NCBI GenBank assembly: GCA_965203805.1
Contig: OZ241917.1
Coordinates: 4,128,001-4,192,000 of the forward strand
Direction of reading: 5' to 3'
From: Candidatus Latescibacterota bacterium
Lineage (GTDB): Bacteria > Latescibacterota > UBA2968 > GCA-2709665
DNA length: 64,000 nt
The notes beneath the pieces are model-generated. The model worked only from the letters and a program-made list of their open reading frames with translations. It ran no database searches and had not been told where the DNA came from. Made by a program: the position numbers and the translations under genes. Positions 30,068 through 39,856 of the stretch are shown piece by piece (the first letter of the stretch is position 1; each line of letters opens with the position of its first letter).

Positions 30068-30269
30068 CAGATTCTCCTGTTACCGGAATGGGCGACAAAA
30101 AGGTCCGAAACGACGTGAAGCTTTACATCCTGCCCGACACGCCCGGGCTTGTAATTTTAAGAAAATGCACGGATGGAGGCAAGGATAACGGCGGAAACGC
30201 AGGGCGAATGACAAAGCCTGCCAATGTGTTTTACTGGCAGGCCGTTGACAACGTTATTGATGTTATGGA

Positions 30270-30503
30270 CTATTTCTCATTGAGTTTTGCTTCGTTTGCG
30301 GCGATGCGTTCTCCGAAGGAGTCCAGGCGTGCATCTATTCTTTCTAATTTCCTATCGACGGTATCAAATTTCGTTTCCATCTTATCTTCCAATCTGTCTA
30401 TTCTCTGATTGATTCCGGAGGAAAAGTTCCACAGCAGACCCCAGATGGCCAATAGCAAAAGTACCAATCGCATATTGTCTTCGTTGAAGATTTTCTCATT
30501 CAT
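30270..30503 (-). CDS. Small TM + coiled-coil protein (paralogue of 32058-32297)
   Basis: MNEKIF..one TM..QRIDRLEDKM..IDARLDSFGERIAANEAKL; own sigma70-like promoter. Confidence 0.75.
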   Translation of the reverse strand: MNEKIFNEDNMRLVLLLLAIWGLLWNFSSGINQRIDRLEDKMETKFDTVDRKLERIDARLDSFGERIAANEAKLNEK

Positions 30504-30526
30504 GTCGTACATCCATTCTGGACAAA

Positions 30527-30572
30527 AAAGTACGTCGAAGAGGTGCATTTTGTCAAGCGGAAAGGTTATAAT
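30527..30572. promoter_or_regulatory. Overlapping divergent sigma70-like promoters
   Basis: Minus strand TTGACA (30556-30551)-N18-TACTTT; plus strand TATAAT at 30567-30572 upstream of the Rpn gene. Confidence 0.55.
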
Positions 30573-30721
30573 ACAGATGCCACAGAACCAGACATCCGCA
30601 CTTGATCCCGTGTACCGCGTTTTGGGGGAAATCATCGGGATGGGATTGACTTCAGACGTTGATCCGGTATCTTGTCTACGTGGATCCGTCCCTCTCTCCC
30701 CAAGGACCCGGGGTATCCTGA

Positions 30722-31621
30722 ATGGCAGAATTCGATGCGATCTCCAGGCATCTGATTCAAAACTACCCCGACGAGTTTGCCGGCTTCTCCCTCGGGCGAG
30801 AGGACGTTGAAGTTCTTGAAGTCATTGACACCGCGCAACCCACTGTCTCTGCAAGTCAAGCGGACAGTCTCATTCGCGTCCGGATCGACGGCCGCGAGGC
30901 ATTGGTCCACAACGAATTTCAGACGACAGACAGCACGAATCCGCCCATGCCCCGTCGCATGGCCGGCTACGTGGGCCGCGCCATTGAACGTCATGGCGTG
31001 CCGGTTTTTTCCAGCGTAATCTACCTGCGTCCCAACGCGGGAAAACGGGATCCGGGACAGTATTCGCAGTCACATCCCGGCCATCGGGTGCTTGTGGAGT
31101 ACAGGGTGATTCGGCTGAGTGAACTGGATGGTCAAGGCGTCCTTGACGCCGGACACACGGGGCTGATCGCGTTCGCGCCATTGATGAAACCGCCTGAAGG
31201 GATGGCTTCACGACCGTGGTTGCGTCGTTGTATTCAAACGGCTCACGCGAGGCCCATGGCTCCGCCGGCTAAAGCTGATTGCCTGGCCGGCATGTCGTTG
31301 CTCAGCGGATTGGTATACGCGCCGGAAACCATTTCTGCCATCATCTTGAAGGAGGGCATTATGGATCTAATACGCGAATCGTCCTTTGCCCAATACCTTA
31401 CCCGTCAAGGCATCGAACAAGGGATCGAGCAGGGACTCCGGGAGAGCATTCTGGCCGTCCTGGAGATTCGATTCGATCTCTCTGCGTCGCATCCCCTGGC
31501 GGCTCGCATTGCCGTGGTTGACGACGCGCAACGTCTAAAGGCGTTGCACCGCGCGGCGGTCCAGGTATCCAGCGTCAAGGCGTTTGTTCAGTTGTTGGAT
31601 CAGGAACAGGACTCATCTTGA
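30722..31621 (+). CDS. Rpn/YhgA-like PD-(D/E)XK nuclease family protein
   Basis: ADSLIRV..LVHNEFQT..MPRRMAGY..PVFSSVIYL and C-terminal GIEQGIEQG followed by L.IRF. Confidence 0.85.
   Translation: MAEFDAISRHLIQNYPDEFAGFSLGREDVEVLEVIDTAQPTVSASQADSLIRVRIDGREALVHNEFQTTDSTNPPMPRRMAGYVGRAIERHGVPVFSSVIYLRPNAGKRDPGQYSQSHPGHRVLVEYRVIRLSELDGQGVLDAGHTGLIAFAPLMKPPEGMASRPWLRRCIQTAHARPMAPPAKADCLAGMSLLSGLVYAPETISAIILKEGIMDLIRESSFAQYLTRQGIEQGIEQGLRESILAVLEIRFDLSASHPLAARIAVVDDAQRLKALHRAAVQVSSVKAFVQLLDQEQDSS
31361..31621 (+). CDS. Putative in-frame internal small protein (RpnS-like antitoxin, 86 aa)
   Basis: Strong internal RBS AAGGAGGG at 31349-31356 before in-frame ATG 31361 (MDLIRESS...). Confidence 0.55.
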   Translation: MDLIRESSFAQYLTRQGIEQGIEQGLRESILAVLEIRFDLSASHPLAARIAVVDDAQRLKALHRAAVQVSSVKAFVQLLDQEQDSS

Positions 31622-31999
31622 ATCGGCAAAGACACCAAACCACCGGCCATTGCGCAAACTGACAGTTTGCGCTACTTCGCGGTCACTCCCCCCTTGAGGG
31701 GGAGTCGGCAAGCCAGGGGCGCCAGCCCACGAGCGCGCCGGTGGGGGGCTTCAGCCTGCCCGGTGGTATTCCGCACAGGCGGGCGTGAGGCCTTCCTCGA
31801 ATATGGACAGGTTACTGGCCGGACATCCGCTGCGAAACGGCGTGTGTCGTAACGCCGTGACCCTGAAGATATTTCCTTGTCTTTCGGCTATACGCCGTGT
31901 AACAGGATAGCTGTTTTTTCTCTTCACGTCCAGCTTCGCCGGCGAAAACCATCCGCTCAAATTCCCAAGGAATGATCCACATAAGTTCAACATTTACAG

Positions 32000-32028
32000 T
32001 TGACAGGACAAACTATACCACGTACTTT
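32000..32028 (+). promoter_or_regulatory. sigma70-like promoter
   Basis: TTGACA-N17-TACTTT about 30 nt upstream of ATG 32058. Confidence 0.65.
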
Positions 32029-32057
32029 TCCGCTAAACAACACCGGAGAAGTACACT

Positions 32058-32297
32058 ATGTTACAGAAAATTCTCAGTAATGATTACTTCCAAATGCTCA
32101 TCTTTCTATTAGCGCTGACAGGCTTAGTGTGGGGCACCGTGTGGACACTTAATACCAGACTTGAAGACAGACTCACTCAGCGGATAGACAGACTTGAAGA
32201 CAATATGAACAGTCGTTTCGAAAAGATCGACGCTCGCCTGGACTCCTTCGGTGAACGTATTGCCAAAAACGAAGCCAGATTAGAAACCTCCCAATAA
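32058..32297 (+). CDS. Small TM + coiled-coil protein (paralogue of 30270-30503)
   Basis: GGAGA RBS; TM followed by QRIDRLEDNM..IDARLDSFGERIAKNEARL. Confidence 0.8.
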   Translation: MLQKILSNDYFQMLIFLLALTGLVWGTVWTLNTRLEDRLTQRIDRLEDNMNSRFEKIDARLDSFGERIAKNEARLETSQ

Positions 32298-32483
32298 CCC
32301 CCGCCTGCATCTACCCTCTCAAGTTACGTCGATAATCCCCTACCGCTTCTTCTGCGGATCGAAGCTCTTCACTTCCACCTCAAAAACCTCAGCCCGCGCC
32401 AACTCCTCTGGCGTAGCGCCTATACTAACGTCCTCCTGTTCGTTCCGTGAGGCGTGGAATATGTCTTCCAATCCGGGTGTCGC

Positions 32484-32783
32484 TTATTTCCTGAAAAATT
32501 TCCTCCAAAGTTGCAACTCCCGCTCAATCAGTTCGCAAATCTGGTTTTCCCCGCCAGTTATTTCGATCCTTTTCCTTTTGTTGTTTTCTAATCTGGCGGT
32601 GATTGCAGGCTTGAAATCTACTTTTCTGTTTGGGCTTGCCTGTGTGACGCGGACGATTCGAGTGTAGCCACCTCCATCTTCAATCCAAAAGGACCACCCG
32701 TATTTAAGTGGTTTTGATTGCAGGTCAGGAAAATTGGATTCGATGATCTCTTTAATCTGATCAACACTCATCGTCGGTTGCAT
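32484..32783 (-). CDS. Hypothetical protein (99 aa, low GC)
   Basis: GAGGT RBS, normal globular composition, upstream TTGACA at 32878-32873. Confidence 0.65.
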   Translation of the reverse strand: MQPTMSVDQIKEIIESNFPDLQSKPLKYGWSFWIEDGGGYTRIVRVTQASPNRKVDFKPAITARLENNKRKRIEITGGENQICELIERELQLWRKFFRK

Positions 32784-33132
32784 ATTACCTCTCTATCTTC
32801 CCTTCGATTATTTCCAGAACCTTGCTCATGGTATAACCCCCTCGAAAAATTGTTCAGAAAATTCTTGCGTCTTGTCAAGTGAAAATATTATAATGTGCCC
32901 GTCTTCATACTGGCAGACCCGCATGTCGGGTAGCCTACCGAATACAATAGCCGACTTCTCAAGGCAAGGGTCGCTCCCTTTCCTGGTGAATACGTAGGGC
33001 CTTCCCGCATACCTCTGCGAGTATGGAGACACTACCCGGCACCCTCTACCGGGGTGCCAAACCGTGCTCACCGTCTCACTCCGGAGGGATGCATTTATGT
33101 ATCGGTCACTCGCATTCGTAGAGATAGAGAGA

Positions 33133-34305
33133 ATGAACAGTAAGCGAATCGACAAACTGGAAAAGCAGGTTCATTATCAGAAGTGGGGTCTTATTGTATT
33201 GATGAGTTTGTTTTTATTTACTTCGACTCCTGGAATTACTGAGATAACGCAAAGGGTTTTATTACCCAAAGAATTACTCACGGAATCACTTTCCGGTATC
33301 TATTCACAAAAAACAATAGGTGATGTACCAGAATCTCCCTTGAGAGTTACACCTGCTAAGAAGATAGCTCAAGCGGCAGGAGATATATTGACTGTCAGTC
33401 AAATAAATGTTGTCGATGCTATAGGTAGAACACTTGCCCAAATTGGATCAGATTCCGATGGTAATGGAGGCATATGGTTATACAATCTTAAAGGCAACGT
33501 AGTAATGTGGTTAGGGAGTGATCAGAATCTACATGGTGCCCTAACAGCTTCCACTAGTAATGAAGTAACTGTGGCAACTATTCAGTCAGTAGTTGATGAG
33601 GAAGATCAGAATATTGTAACGGGAAGGGTAACAGTACAAGGTTCAGGAGATTCTGCGGCAACGCTCGGTGCGGATGAATTCGGAGATGGTTATACAGCTG
33701 TATTCAATAGACAAGGTCAGGTTGTTGCTTACCAGGGTATCGATAGGTTGGGTAATGGTAATATCTTAGCGTACAACAAACAAGGCGAAACTATAGCTTC
33801 TATAGGGGCCTCCAGCGAAGGCACTGGCTATTTGAGCGTGTTCGAACGAGGAAATCTCGTTGCGAATTTGGCTGCTTTTAAAGACGTAGGGGGGGGATTG
33901 CGACTGACGAATAAGAATGGCAGAACAGTTGTTGCGCTGGGGCCCAGTATCGGAAATACTGGTGTCATTAGTGTTATAAGCACAACTGGTGAACCAAGAG
34001 CAATTGCTTTGATAGGCGCTGATTCTGTTGATAGCGGCTTATTGGCTGTTCTAGATGCAACTGGAGAACCAACGGCTTTAATGACCAATAGATATTTGGG
34101 TATTGCTGAACACCAATTTGAAGCGTATATAGATGATAATGGAAACGGTGTGGTCGAAACACGATCAGCGAATGGTGATATTCGCTGGTCTTCAGAAACT
34201 GTAGTGCAGCCATCGGGATTATTGGGCGATTTGGATGGAGACGGTGATGTTGATTTTAACGACTTCCTCGCATTCGCACAGAATTTCGGAAAAGAGGGCG
34301 GTTAA
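33133..34305 (+). CDS. Membrane-anchored beta-repeat protein with C-terminal EF-hand/dockerin-like motif
   Basis: Coiled coil + TM, then ~23-aa repeats (hxhxN/DxxGxxhhxhGxxxxGxG), C-terminal GDLDGDGDVDFNDFLAFAQNFG. Low GC. Confidence 0.8.
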   Translation: MNSKRIDKLEKQVHYQKWGLIVLMSLFLFTSTPGITEITQRVLLPKELLTESLSGIYSQKTIGDVPESPLRVTPAKKIAQAAGDILTVSQINVVDAIGRTLAQIGSDSDGNGGIWLYNLKGNVVMWLGSDQNLHGALTASTSNEVTVATIQSVVDEEDQNIVTGRVTVQGSGDSAATLGADEFGDGYTAVFNRQGQVVAYQGIDRLGNGNILAYNKQGETIASIGASSEGTGYLSVFERGNLVANLAAFKDVGGGLRLTNKNGRTVVALGPSIGNTGVISVISTTGEPRAIALIGADSVDSGLLAVLDATGEPTALMTNRYLGIAEHQFEAYIDDNGNGVVETRSANGDIRWSSETVVQPSGLLGDLDGDGDVDFNDFLAFAQNFGKEGG

Positions 34306-34349
34306 ACAACAAGCCCGGAGAACCATAATCTCTGGGCTTGTTGTTTAAC
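34301..34349. terminator. Bidirectional terminator
   Basis: GTTAAACAACAAGCCCGGAGA...TCTCTGGGCTTGTTGTTTAAC long stem. Confidence 0.75.
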
Positions 34350-34899
34350 ACAATTGTACTTATACTATCGCCGTCTGGGTGGTCGTCGTTTATGGCGTTT
34401 CACGCTAACGATCTTGCGACGTTTTCGTGGAATACTGATCACCTCCTGTGGGACGGATTGATGCTCATTCATCAGTCCGTCTTTTTCATATATTATCTAC
34501 GGGCTGATACGCTTTTGGACTTCATGTTTTTAGGCGTCCAGCAATGTGAAAGCGCCTCTCGCCGGACCTGCGGAACCTTCCCAACCGAGCGCCGTAATTC
34601 AGCCGAAGAGATATCTTGTCGGGGTGTTCCTCATTTCCGCTATTCAACAACTCGGCATGAATTTCTCGTGCCGTCATGCCACGATCGCCGCCCACCTCCA
34701 GTAAACCCTCATATCATCCCCCACAAAAAAAGGGACCATAGCCCTAAGTCAAATGTGACTTTGGGTTATAATCCCCTATTTTTCTGTTTCATTTTGCGCC
34801 TCCTGTAACTTCCGTCGAACGTCGAGAGAGGAAGATCAACGACAATCCTTTAAGTTCTCGGTCGTTCCGACAAGAAAGCCGATGCGGTCGAGGCGCCCG

Positions 34900-34995
34900 C
34901 CAGTCTGCGTGCGTGCTACACCTGCCTGCGCCTGCCTGTCCCGTTGGAACGGCAGACAGGCCAAGCCCCGCGCGGCATGCAGGCGCACAGGCAGG
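34900..34995. mobile_element. Triple-nested micro-insertion elements (middle 34921-34983, inner 34931-34960)
   Basis: Removing layers in turn regenerates the element seen at 51401-51433 (reverse), an element like 49432-49461, and finally the empty REP site at 40204-40230. Confidence 0.8.
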
Positions 34996-35055
34996 CGCTC
35001 CCAGGGAAGACGGTCGCCATCAGGGCAGGGCCCTGTCCCCCAACCGGCGCGACGA

Positions 35056-35082
35056 TCTGCCTGCCTGCGACGCACAGGCAGG
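35056..35082. mobile_element. 27-nt micro-insertion element
   Basis: TCTGCCTGCCTGCGACGCACAGGCAGG; two differences from the copy at 42966-42992. Confidence 0.7.
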
Positions 35083-35417
35083 TGCCGCAGTCGCATTTGT
35101 AAGGGCGACCGGCCGGTCGCCCCTACAGCAGAGATTCGTCACGCGGGCGGTTCGCGAACCGCCCCTACAAAATGGCGCAGACATAGCTGACTGAAATCCC
35201 GTGTCCGTATCGTTAACCGGTCTTTACCGTATGCTCTGCGCAGACCACCAAGAAACGCGGACGATCCATGGATCGCCCGCGTTTCTATAGCAAGTGACGC
35301 TGCAGTAGACGTCTTGCTTCTCACTTCAACTGGTTCAGACCGCGAAGCTTCGTCCGCAGAGGCGGATACCTACGGTGAATCGGAGCAAATGGCTAAATCA
35401 GTTCAGTGACCGATCTG

Positions 35418-38400
35418 TCATGCTCCGCTACCGAACTCCTGACCGAAAATCAGAAAGTCGCCAAACCCGATCGTGCCGTCCTGATCCAGATCGTACTTTG
35501 CATCATACCTCGCGTCGCCCCGGCTTGCGCCGAAGTGCATCCCAAGCGCCACAAAGTCCCCGAAATCCACCCTGCCGTCTCCGTTGAAGTCCGGCGTCAG
35601 CTGAGCCAGCCTGAGGGTAACGCCGATATCAGAAGGCGTGATGTTTTCGCGCGTGTCTCCCCGTCCCACCTCAGCACGTACGAGCTGTAGTGTGGTTTCA
35701 GATAGCATGTCCGTGGTGCTGAATCGAGCCGTCCCGACAAGTCCGCTGTCGGACGATGCTTGTCCACCGAATGACACGACACTGATCTCCACAGCGGTGG
35801 GGTTCGTGTGATGTTGCGTAAGAATCTGAGCGGATGGAAGAAGGCTGCCTGCATCGAACCCCTGGTAGGCGACTTGAGCGGCCGTGTATTCGAAGCGCGT
35901 GGAGATCCCGTTTGCTCCCCTGATATCGTGGGCGAAAACCTGAATCGGCACGGTCTCTTCGGCGGAAACGTCGAGCGTTGTAACACGTTGATCTCCGGCA
36001 GCGCTATCGCCATCCAGGGAAATCGAGAATGTGGCAGGGGATGGTGTGGAATTAAATGATATGACTTTCGTGGTCTTGATGTTGTTTGACAACGTCTGGC
36101 TTTCGGCAAGCGTCACGACGTCGATGCCAATGGAAAACTCGCGACCGGTTACGTCCACGACCGTCTTGAATTCTCCACGCGCCAGAAACCCCGAACCCGG
36201 CAAGGTGACATTGTTGGTCGCCGCAAAGTATGTGCCGGTCGCTTGTGGGATATTAAAGCCAAACGCACCACTTTCGGCTTTGACAAAGTCCAGCAGCGAA
36301 GAATCGAAGTCAAATTTGACCAACACGCCGGCCAGCGACGTCTTGACACCTGACGCGAAAACTTCGACGGCAATTTTCGTGTCTTTTCCAGAAGCAGTTC
36401 CCGACGTAACGCCATCATTTATCTTATTTCCGGCCCCGCCATCAGGAATCAGATCGAGCGATAACACCGCATCGGCATTGGAGCCGGAAGTCGGCCGAAC
36501 GGACGGGTATTCTGACACGTCCCACAAGCGTATCGTGTTGAAGGCACTTCCGCTGGCCAGGATACTGCCATCCGGCGAAAACGCAACAGACTTCACTTCT
36601 CTCGTATGGCCAGGAAGTGTCGCGATAGGATACCTTGTAGCCGCCACGTCCCACAGTTCAATAGCACCGCCACTCGTCCCAGCGGCCAGCACTGTCCCGA
36701 GGGGTGAAAACGCGACGGACGAGATTCCACCCCTGCTGGATAGGGCGACGATATGTTCTCTTGTAGCCATATCCCACAGGTTTAGCATGTGGTAATGGAA
36801 ACCCGAGATTGATCCCGAGGCGAGAATCTTTCCGTCCGGCGAAAATGCGATTGAATTGAAACCAAAAATTCCGAGATCGACATTATCGATGATTGTTCCG
36901 GATAATGATAACGAGGCGATATGTCGTTTGGTCGTCACGTCCCACAGTTTTATGGCTCCGTCACCACTGGCCGCTGAGGCAAGTGTCGTGCCGTCCGGCG
37001 AGAATACAATGGAAGTGATCCACCCCGTTGGAATAGCATGTCTACCGAGTGTGCCGATATGCTCTCGTGTTGCCAAATTCCACAATTCGATTGTATTGTT
37101 GCCTCCCCCTACCCACGATCCAGACGCGAGCGTTTTGCCGTCAGGCGAAATAGCAATAGAATTCACAAAACGACCATGCTCAAACGCGGTGATCCATTCT
37201 CTCTTCTCCACATTCCATAGTTGAATCAAGCCGATTTCTTGGTTCCCCCAACCTGTCGCGATTGTTCTGCCATCGGGCGAAAACGCCACAACCCTACCAA
37301 GACCCAATGTGGCTATATGGTCTCTGGCTGCCACGTTCCAAAGCTCGACGTTTCTACCATTGGACCCCGCGGCGAGCATTGTACCGTCAGGCGAAAACGC
37401 TACGGAGGCGGGATCATCAGTAGTCCTTAACGTTCCGATATGGTGTGGCGAAATCTCAATCAGGGTAAAAAAACCTCCGTGTGAGTAGTTCCCTTCAACA
37501 TCAACAGCCCGGACGAAGATATCATGTCTTACCGGATTGGAAAGGCTCGTGCCGCTATCAGATGGCAAAACTCCGTCGTAGTCAAATACAACCGCAGCAA
37601 GTGTTTCCCCTTCCAAAACACGGCAGGCCTTTACCTCAAGGGAGCCGGCCGCGGGATGTGGTTGTTTTGTTCTAACGAACAGGAGCACCTGGTTCAGTCC
37701 ATCTGGATCGCTGACATTCAGCCGGATGGAGACAGTTGTTGAGCCCGTTGGATATTCAACTGGTGAAGTAAGTTCTAAGGTGCCGCCCGTTATTCCGTCA
37801 ATAGGTCCGCTGAAGCTGCCATCCGAATTTCCTGCGACGGGGATATTCGGATTAAAATAGGGATGTACCGACAAGAACTCGGAATGGCATTCGGATAAAT
37901 GACGCTGTCTCGGGCCATACGACATGATGTATTCATTATTGTTGAAATCGTGCGACAACCCGAAGGCGTGTCCAAGTTCATGGGCCGCTGTTTCAAAGCT
38001 AAATGCCCCGTGTACCAGAGCGTGACCGCCGACTTTACCCCATGAGATGCCTGTTCCGCCCGCCCGCCGACCACGTGAAGTACCGATCGCATTACTGCTG
38101 TTGTCAACGACGATGAGATAGACATTCGCATCGCGGTCAAATGCATGTTGAATCTCGTCGGGCACTTCGCTTGATGTGTTGTCAAGATAGAAACTATCGG
38201 GGTGTTGACCGTCCACGCGATGGACGACTGGTTCCCCGGATGCATCCGATTCGACGGCAAACGTCTTGTATCCATATCCGTGCTCCTGCATTTGTTCGCC
38301 GTAGAAGGTTTGAATCCGGCGAATGGCTCTCTTCATCGAATCCACGACGCTGGCGCGGAACGGGCGGTCATTGGGTAGGAAATAGATCATCCGCACCGTG

Positions 38401-38594
38401 CGCGGCGGCCCGACGTTCAGATTCAAGGCCTGTTTGCCAGCGGCAAAGATGCTGTCGCGTGCCTGCATCTCTTCGAGGTCGAGGGGCAGGTAAAAATGGA
38501 CGCTGTCAGCCGGCGCGGGTGAGGCGAGGCCGATAGAGGTGAAGCCACCACTGATAAGCGCGTATAGACACGTCAGAAAACATATCTTTCGCAT
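35418..38594 (-). CDS. Secreted zinc metalloprotease + 7 WD40 repeats + two cohesin-like domains + EF-hand/dockerin-like C-terminus
   Basis: Signal peptide MRKICFL.., HELGHAFGLSH with IMSYG Met-turn, seven SxAFSPDG..LWxV repeats, DFNGDGRVDFGDF and DLDQDGTIGFGDF loops. Confidence 0.92.
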   Translation of the reverse strand: MRKICFLTCLYALISGGFTSIGLASPAPADSVHFYLPLDLEEMQARDSIFAAGKQALNLNVGPPRTVRMIYFLPNDRPFRASVVDSMKRAIRRIQTFYGEQMQEHGYGYKTFAVESDASGEPVVHRVDGQHPDSFYLDNTSSEVPDEIQHAFDRDANVYLIVVDNSSNAIGTSRGRRAGGTGISWGKVGGHALVHGAFSFETAAHELGHAFGLSHDFNNNEYIMSYGPRQRHLSECHSEFLSVHPYFNPNIPVAGNSDGSFSGPIDGITGGTLELTSPVEYPTGSTTVSIRLNVSDPDGLNQVLLFVRTKQPHPAAGSLEVKACRVLEGETLAAVVFDYDGVLPSDSGTSLSNPVRHDIFVRAVDVEGNYSHGGFFTLIEISPHHIGTLRTTDDPASVAFSPDGTMLAAGSNGRNVELWNVAARDHIATLGLGRVVAFSPDGRTIATGWGNQEIGLIQLWNVEKREWITAFEHGRFVNSIAISPDGKTLASGSWVGGGNNTIELWNLATREHIGTLGRHAIPTGWITSIVFSPDGTTLASAASGDGAIKLWDVTTKRHIASLSLSGTIIDNVDLGIFGFNSIAFSPDGKILASGSISGFHYHMLNLWDMATREHIVALSSRGGISSVAFSPLGTVLAAGTSGGAIELWDVAATRYPIATLPGHTREVKSVAFSPDGSILASGSAFNTIRLWDVSEYPSVRPTSGSNADAVLSLDLIPDGGAGNKINDGVTSGTASGKDTKIAVEVFASGVKTSLAGVLVKFDFDSSLLDFVKAESGAFGFNIPQATGTYFAATNNVTLPGSGFLARGEFKTVVDVTGREFSIGIDVVTLAESQTLSNNIKTTKVISFNSTPSPATFSISLDGDSAAGDQRVTTLDVSAEETVPIQVFAHDIRGANGISTRFEYTAAQVAYQGFDAGSLLPSAQILTQHHTNPTAVEISVVSFGGQASSDSGLVGTARFSTTDMLSETTLQLVRAEVGRGDTRENITPSDIGVTLRLAQLTPDFNGDGRVDFGDFVALGMHFGASRGDARYDAKYDLDQDGTIGFGDFLIFGQEFGSGA

Positions 38595-38833
38595 CGGACT
38601 AAACTCCCTGTGCGCTCGATTGATTGAATTCCCTGGCGGTTGAAACGTCACAGTGTAGTTTCAAGGCTGCCGCAAAGTCAATACCAACGTGAGGCGAATT
38701 CCGGGTAGATTGCATTTTCGTTCCATTCAGGGATGTTGTCCAAAGCAGAAGTCGGCGGAAAGGGCAGTTGTCCGGTACCTGACGAAGCGGTTTCCTCTTG
38801 ATCTGGTTCTTTAACCTGCGAAGTCTGGCGGCC

Positions 38834-39649
38834 TTAGATCGAATTCCTGTTTTGCTCATCGCGTTGCAGAAGCCCACAGAGCGCGGACGACCACTTGACC
38901 GCGTCATAGGCCGTCTGGCGGATAGCAGGCTTTGAACCGTGCGTATCTCCCATCGCACGGCGGAGTACCTGGAGCGCGTGCGCTGCGTGGTTGCTTGCCT
39001 TCTTCAGGTGTTGAACTGCCGCTGAAGCATCCTCAGAATCCATCCCGATGCTGACGAACTCCTTGCTCATCTCCTCGAAGACGTCCAGCCGCTTCAGGGC
39101 GGTATTTACCTTGGTCTGAAATGAAGCCGTTCCCGGATTTCCAAGGCCGTGATCTTTGTAAATGGTTTGAGTCACAAGGTCCACCGCGCCACAGGCGGAA
39201 GTGATGGCGCCACTGTAATCGCCATCAATAAGCCGTGACATTGCCCGACCGAGTTCATTCGCAGTAGATCGAGGCAAGAAACGGGCTTCACGTGAATCGA
39301 ACTCCCGTACGGGAACAAAATTGCCATCGATAAACTGATAACCGTGCCGGCCCAGTATATATTGAACACTGGCATCCAATTCAGCGTTTTTTCCTGTAAG
39401 GCGCTCCGCCAGAATACATAATGCCGTATCCTGTGCAGCCTGGCTCATCTCTCCGAATAGTCGGTCCACTGCCGGCATCACCTCCGCTCTGCTGCCCAGG
39501 CCGCTCCGCGCTTCGGCTTTCGCCGTAATCTGCGAGACGTCGAATCCGGCTGCGGCTGCCGTATTTCTGATTTCTTGAACGGGTAGTTTATTGAGTTCGG
39601 AGCGGAGAGGGCCGTACAACCGCGTCCTATCAACGCTTGGTAATGACAT
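38834..39649 (-). CDS. Abortive-infection C-terminal (Abi_C-like) domain protein
   Basis: GDYSGAITSAC.. and LRRAMGDTHG resemble the Abi_C RxxxGDxHG motif; AGGAGA RBS before ATG 39649. Confidence 0.7.
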   Translation of the reverse strand: MSLPSVDRTRLYGPLRSELNKLPVQEIRNTAAAAGFDVSQITAKAEARSGLGSRAEVMPAVDRLFGEMSQAAQDTALCILAERLTGKNAELDASVQYILGRHGYQFIDGNFVPVREFDSREARFLPRSTANELGRAMSRLIDGDYSGAITSACGAVDLVTQTIYKDHGLGNPGTASFQTKVNTALKRLDVFEEMSKEFVSIGMDSEDASAAVQHLKKASNHAAHALQVLRRAMGDTHGSKPAIRQTAYDAVKWSSALCGLLQRDEQNRNSI

Positions 39650-39856
39650 GGTTCTTCTCCTGTCTGCAATACCGTTGGATTCAACGTGCGCCAAACGGTT
39701 GTGATCCCGGCGTCACTTTACCAATCCCATCTGGCGTCCATGTCGCAGTGCGCGATTCTTAAGAGTCGGGGATATTTCTCTTGAACAGCACGCGTTTAAA
39801 CTGTTACGCACGATTTCGATCTAAAGTGAATCGGCAGCAACAATAGGGCTCGTCGT

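Noticed and set aside
32340-32480. ATPEELARA-containing fragment reminiscent of IS passenger genes
   Set aside because: No start codon, transposase or element ends nearby.
34522-34710. Short winged-helix-like frame (MTAREIHAELL...) on the minus strand
   Set aside because: Only ~51 codons and probably a 3' remnant; not enough support to call a gene.
34860-35170. Clustered palindromes resembling a CRISPR array
   Set aside because: No constant repeat with regular unique spacers and no cas genes; explained by REPs and micro-insertions.
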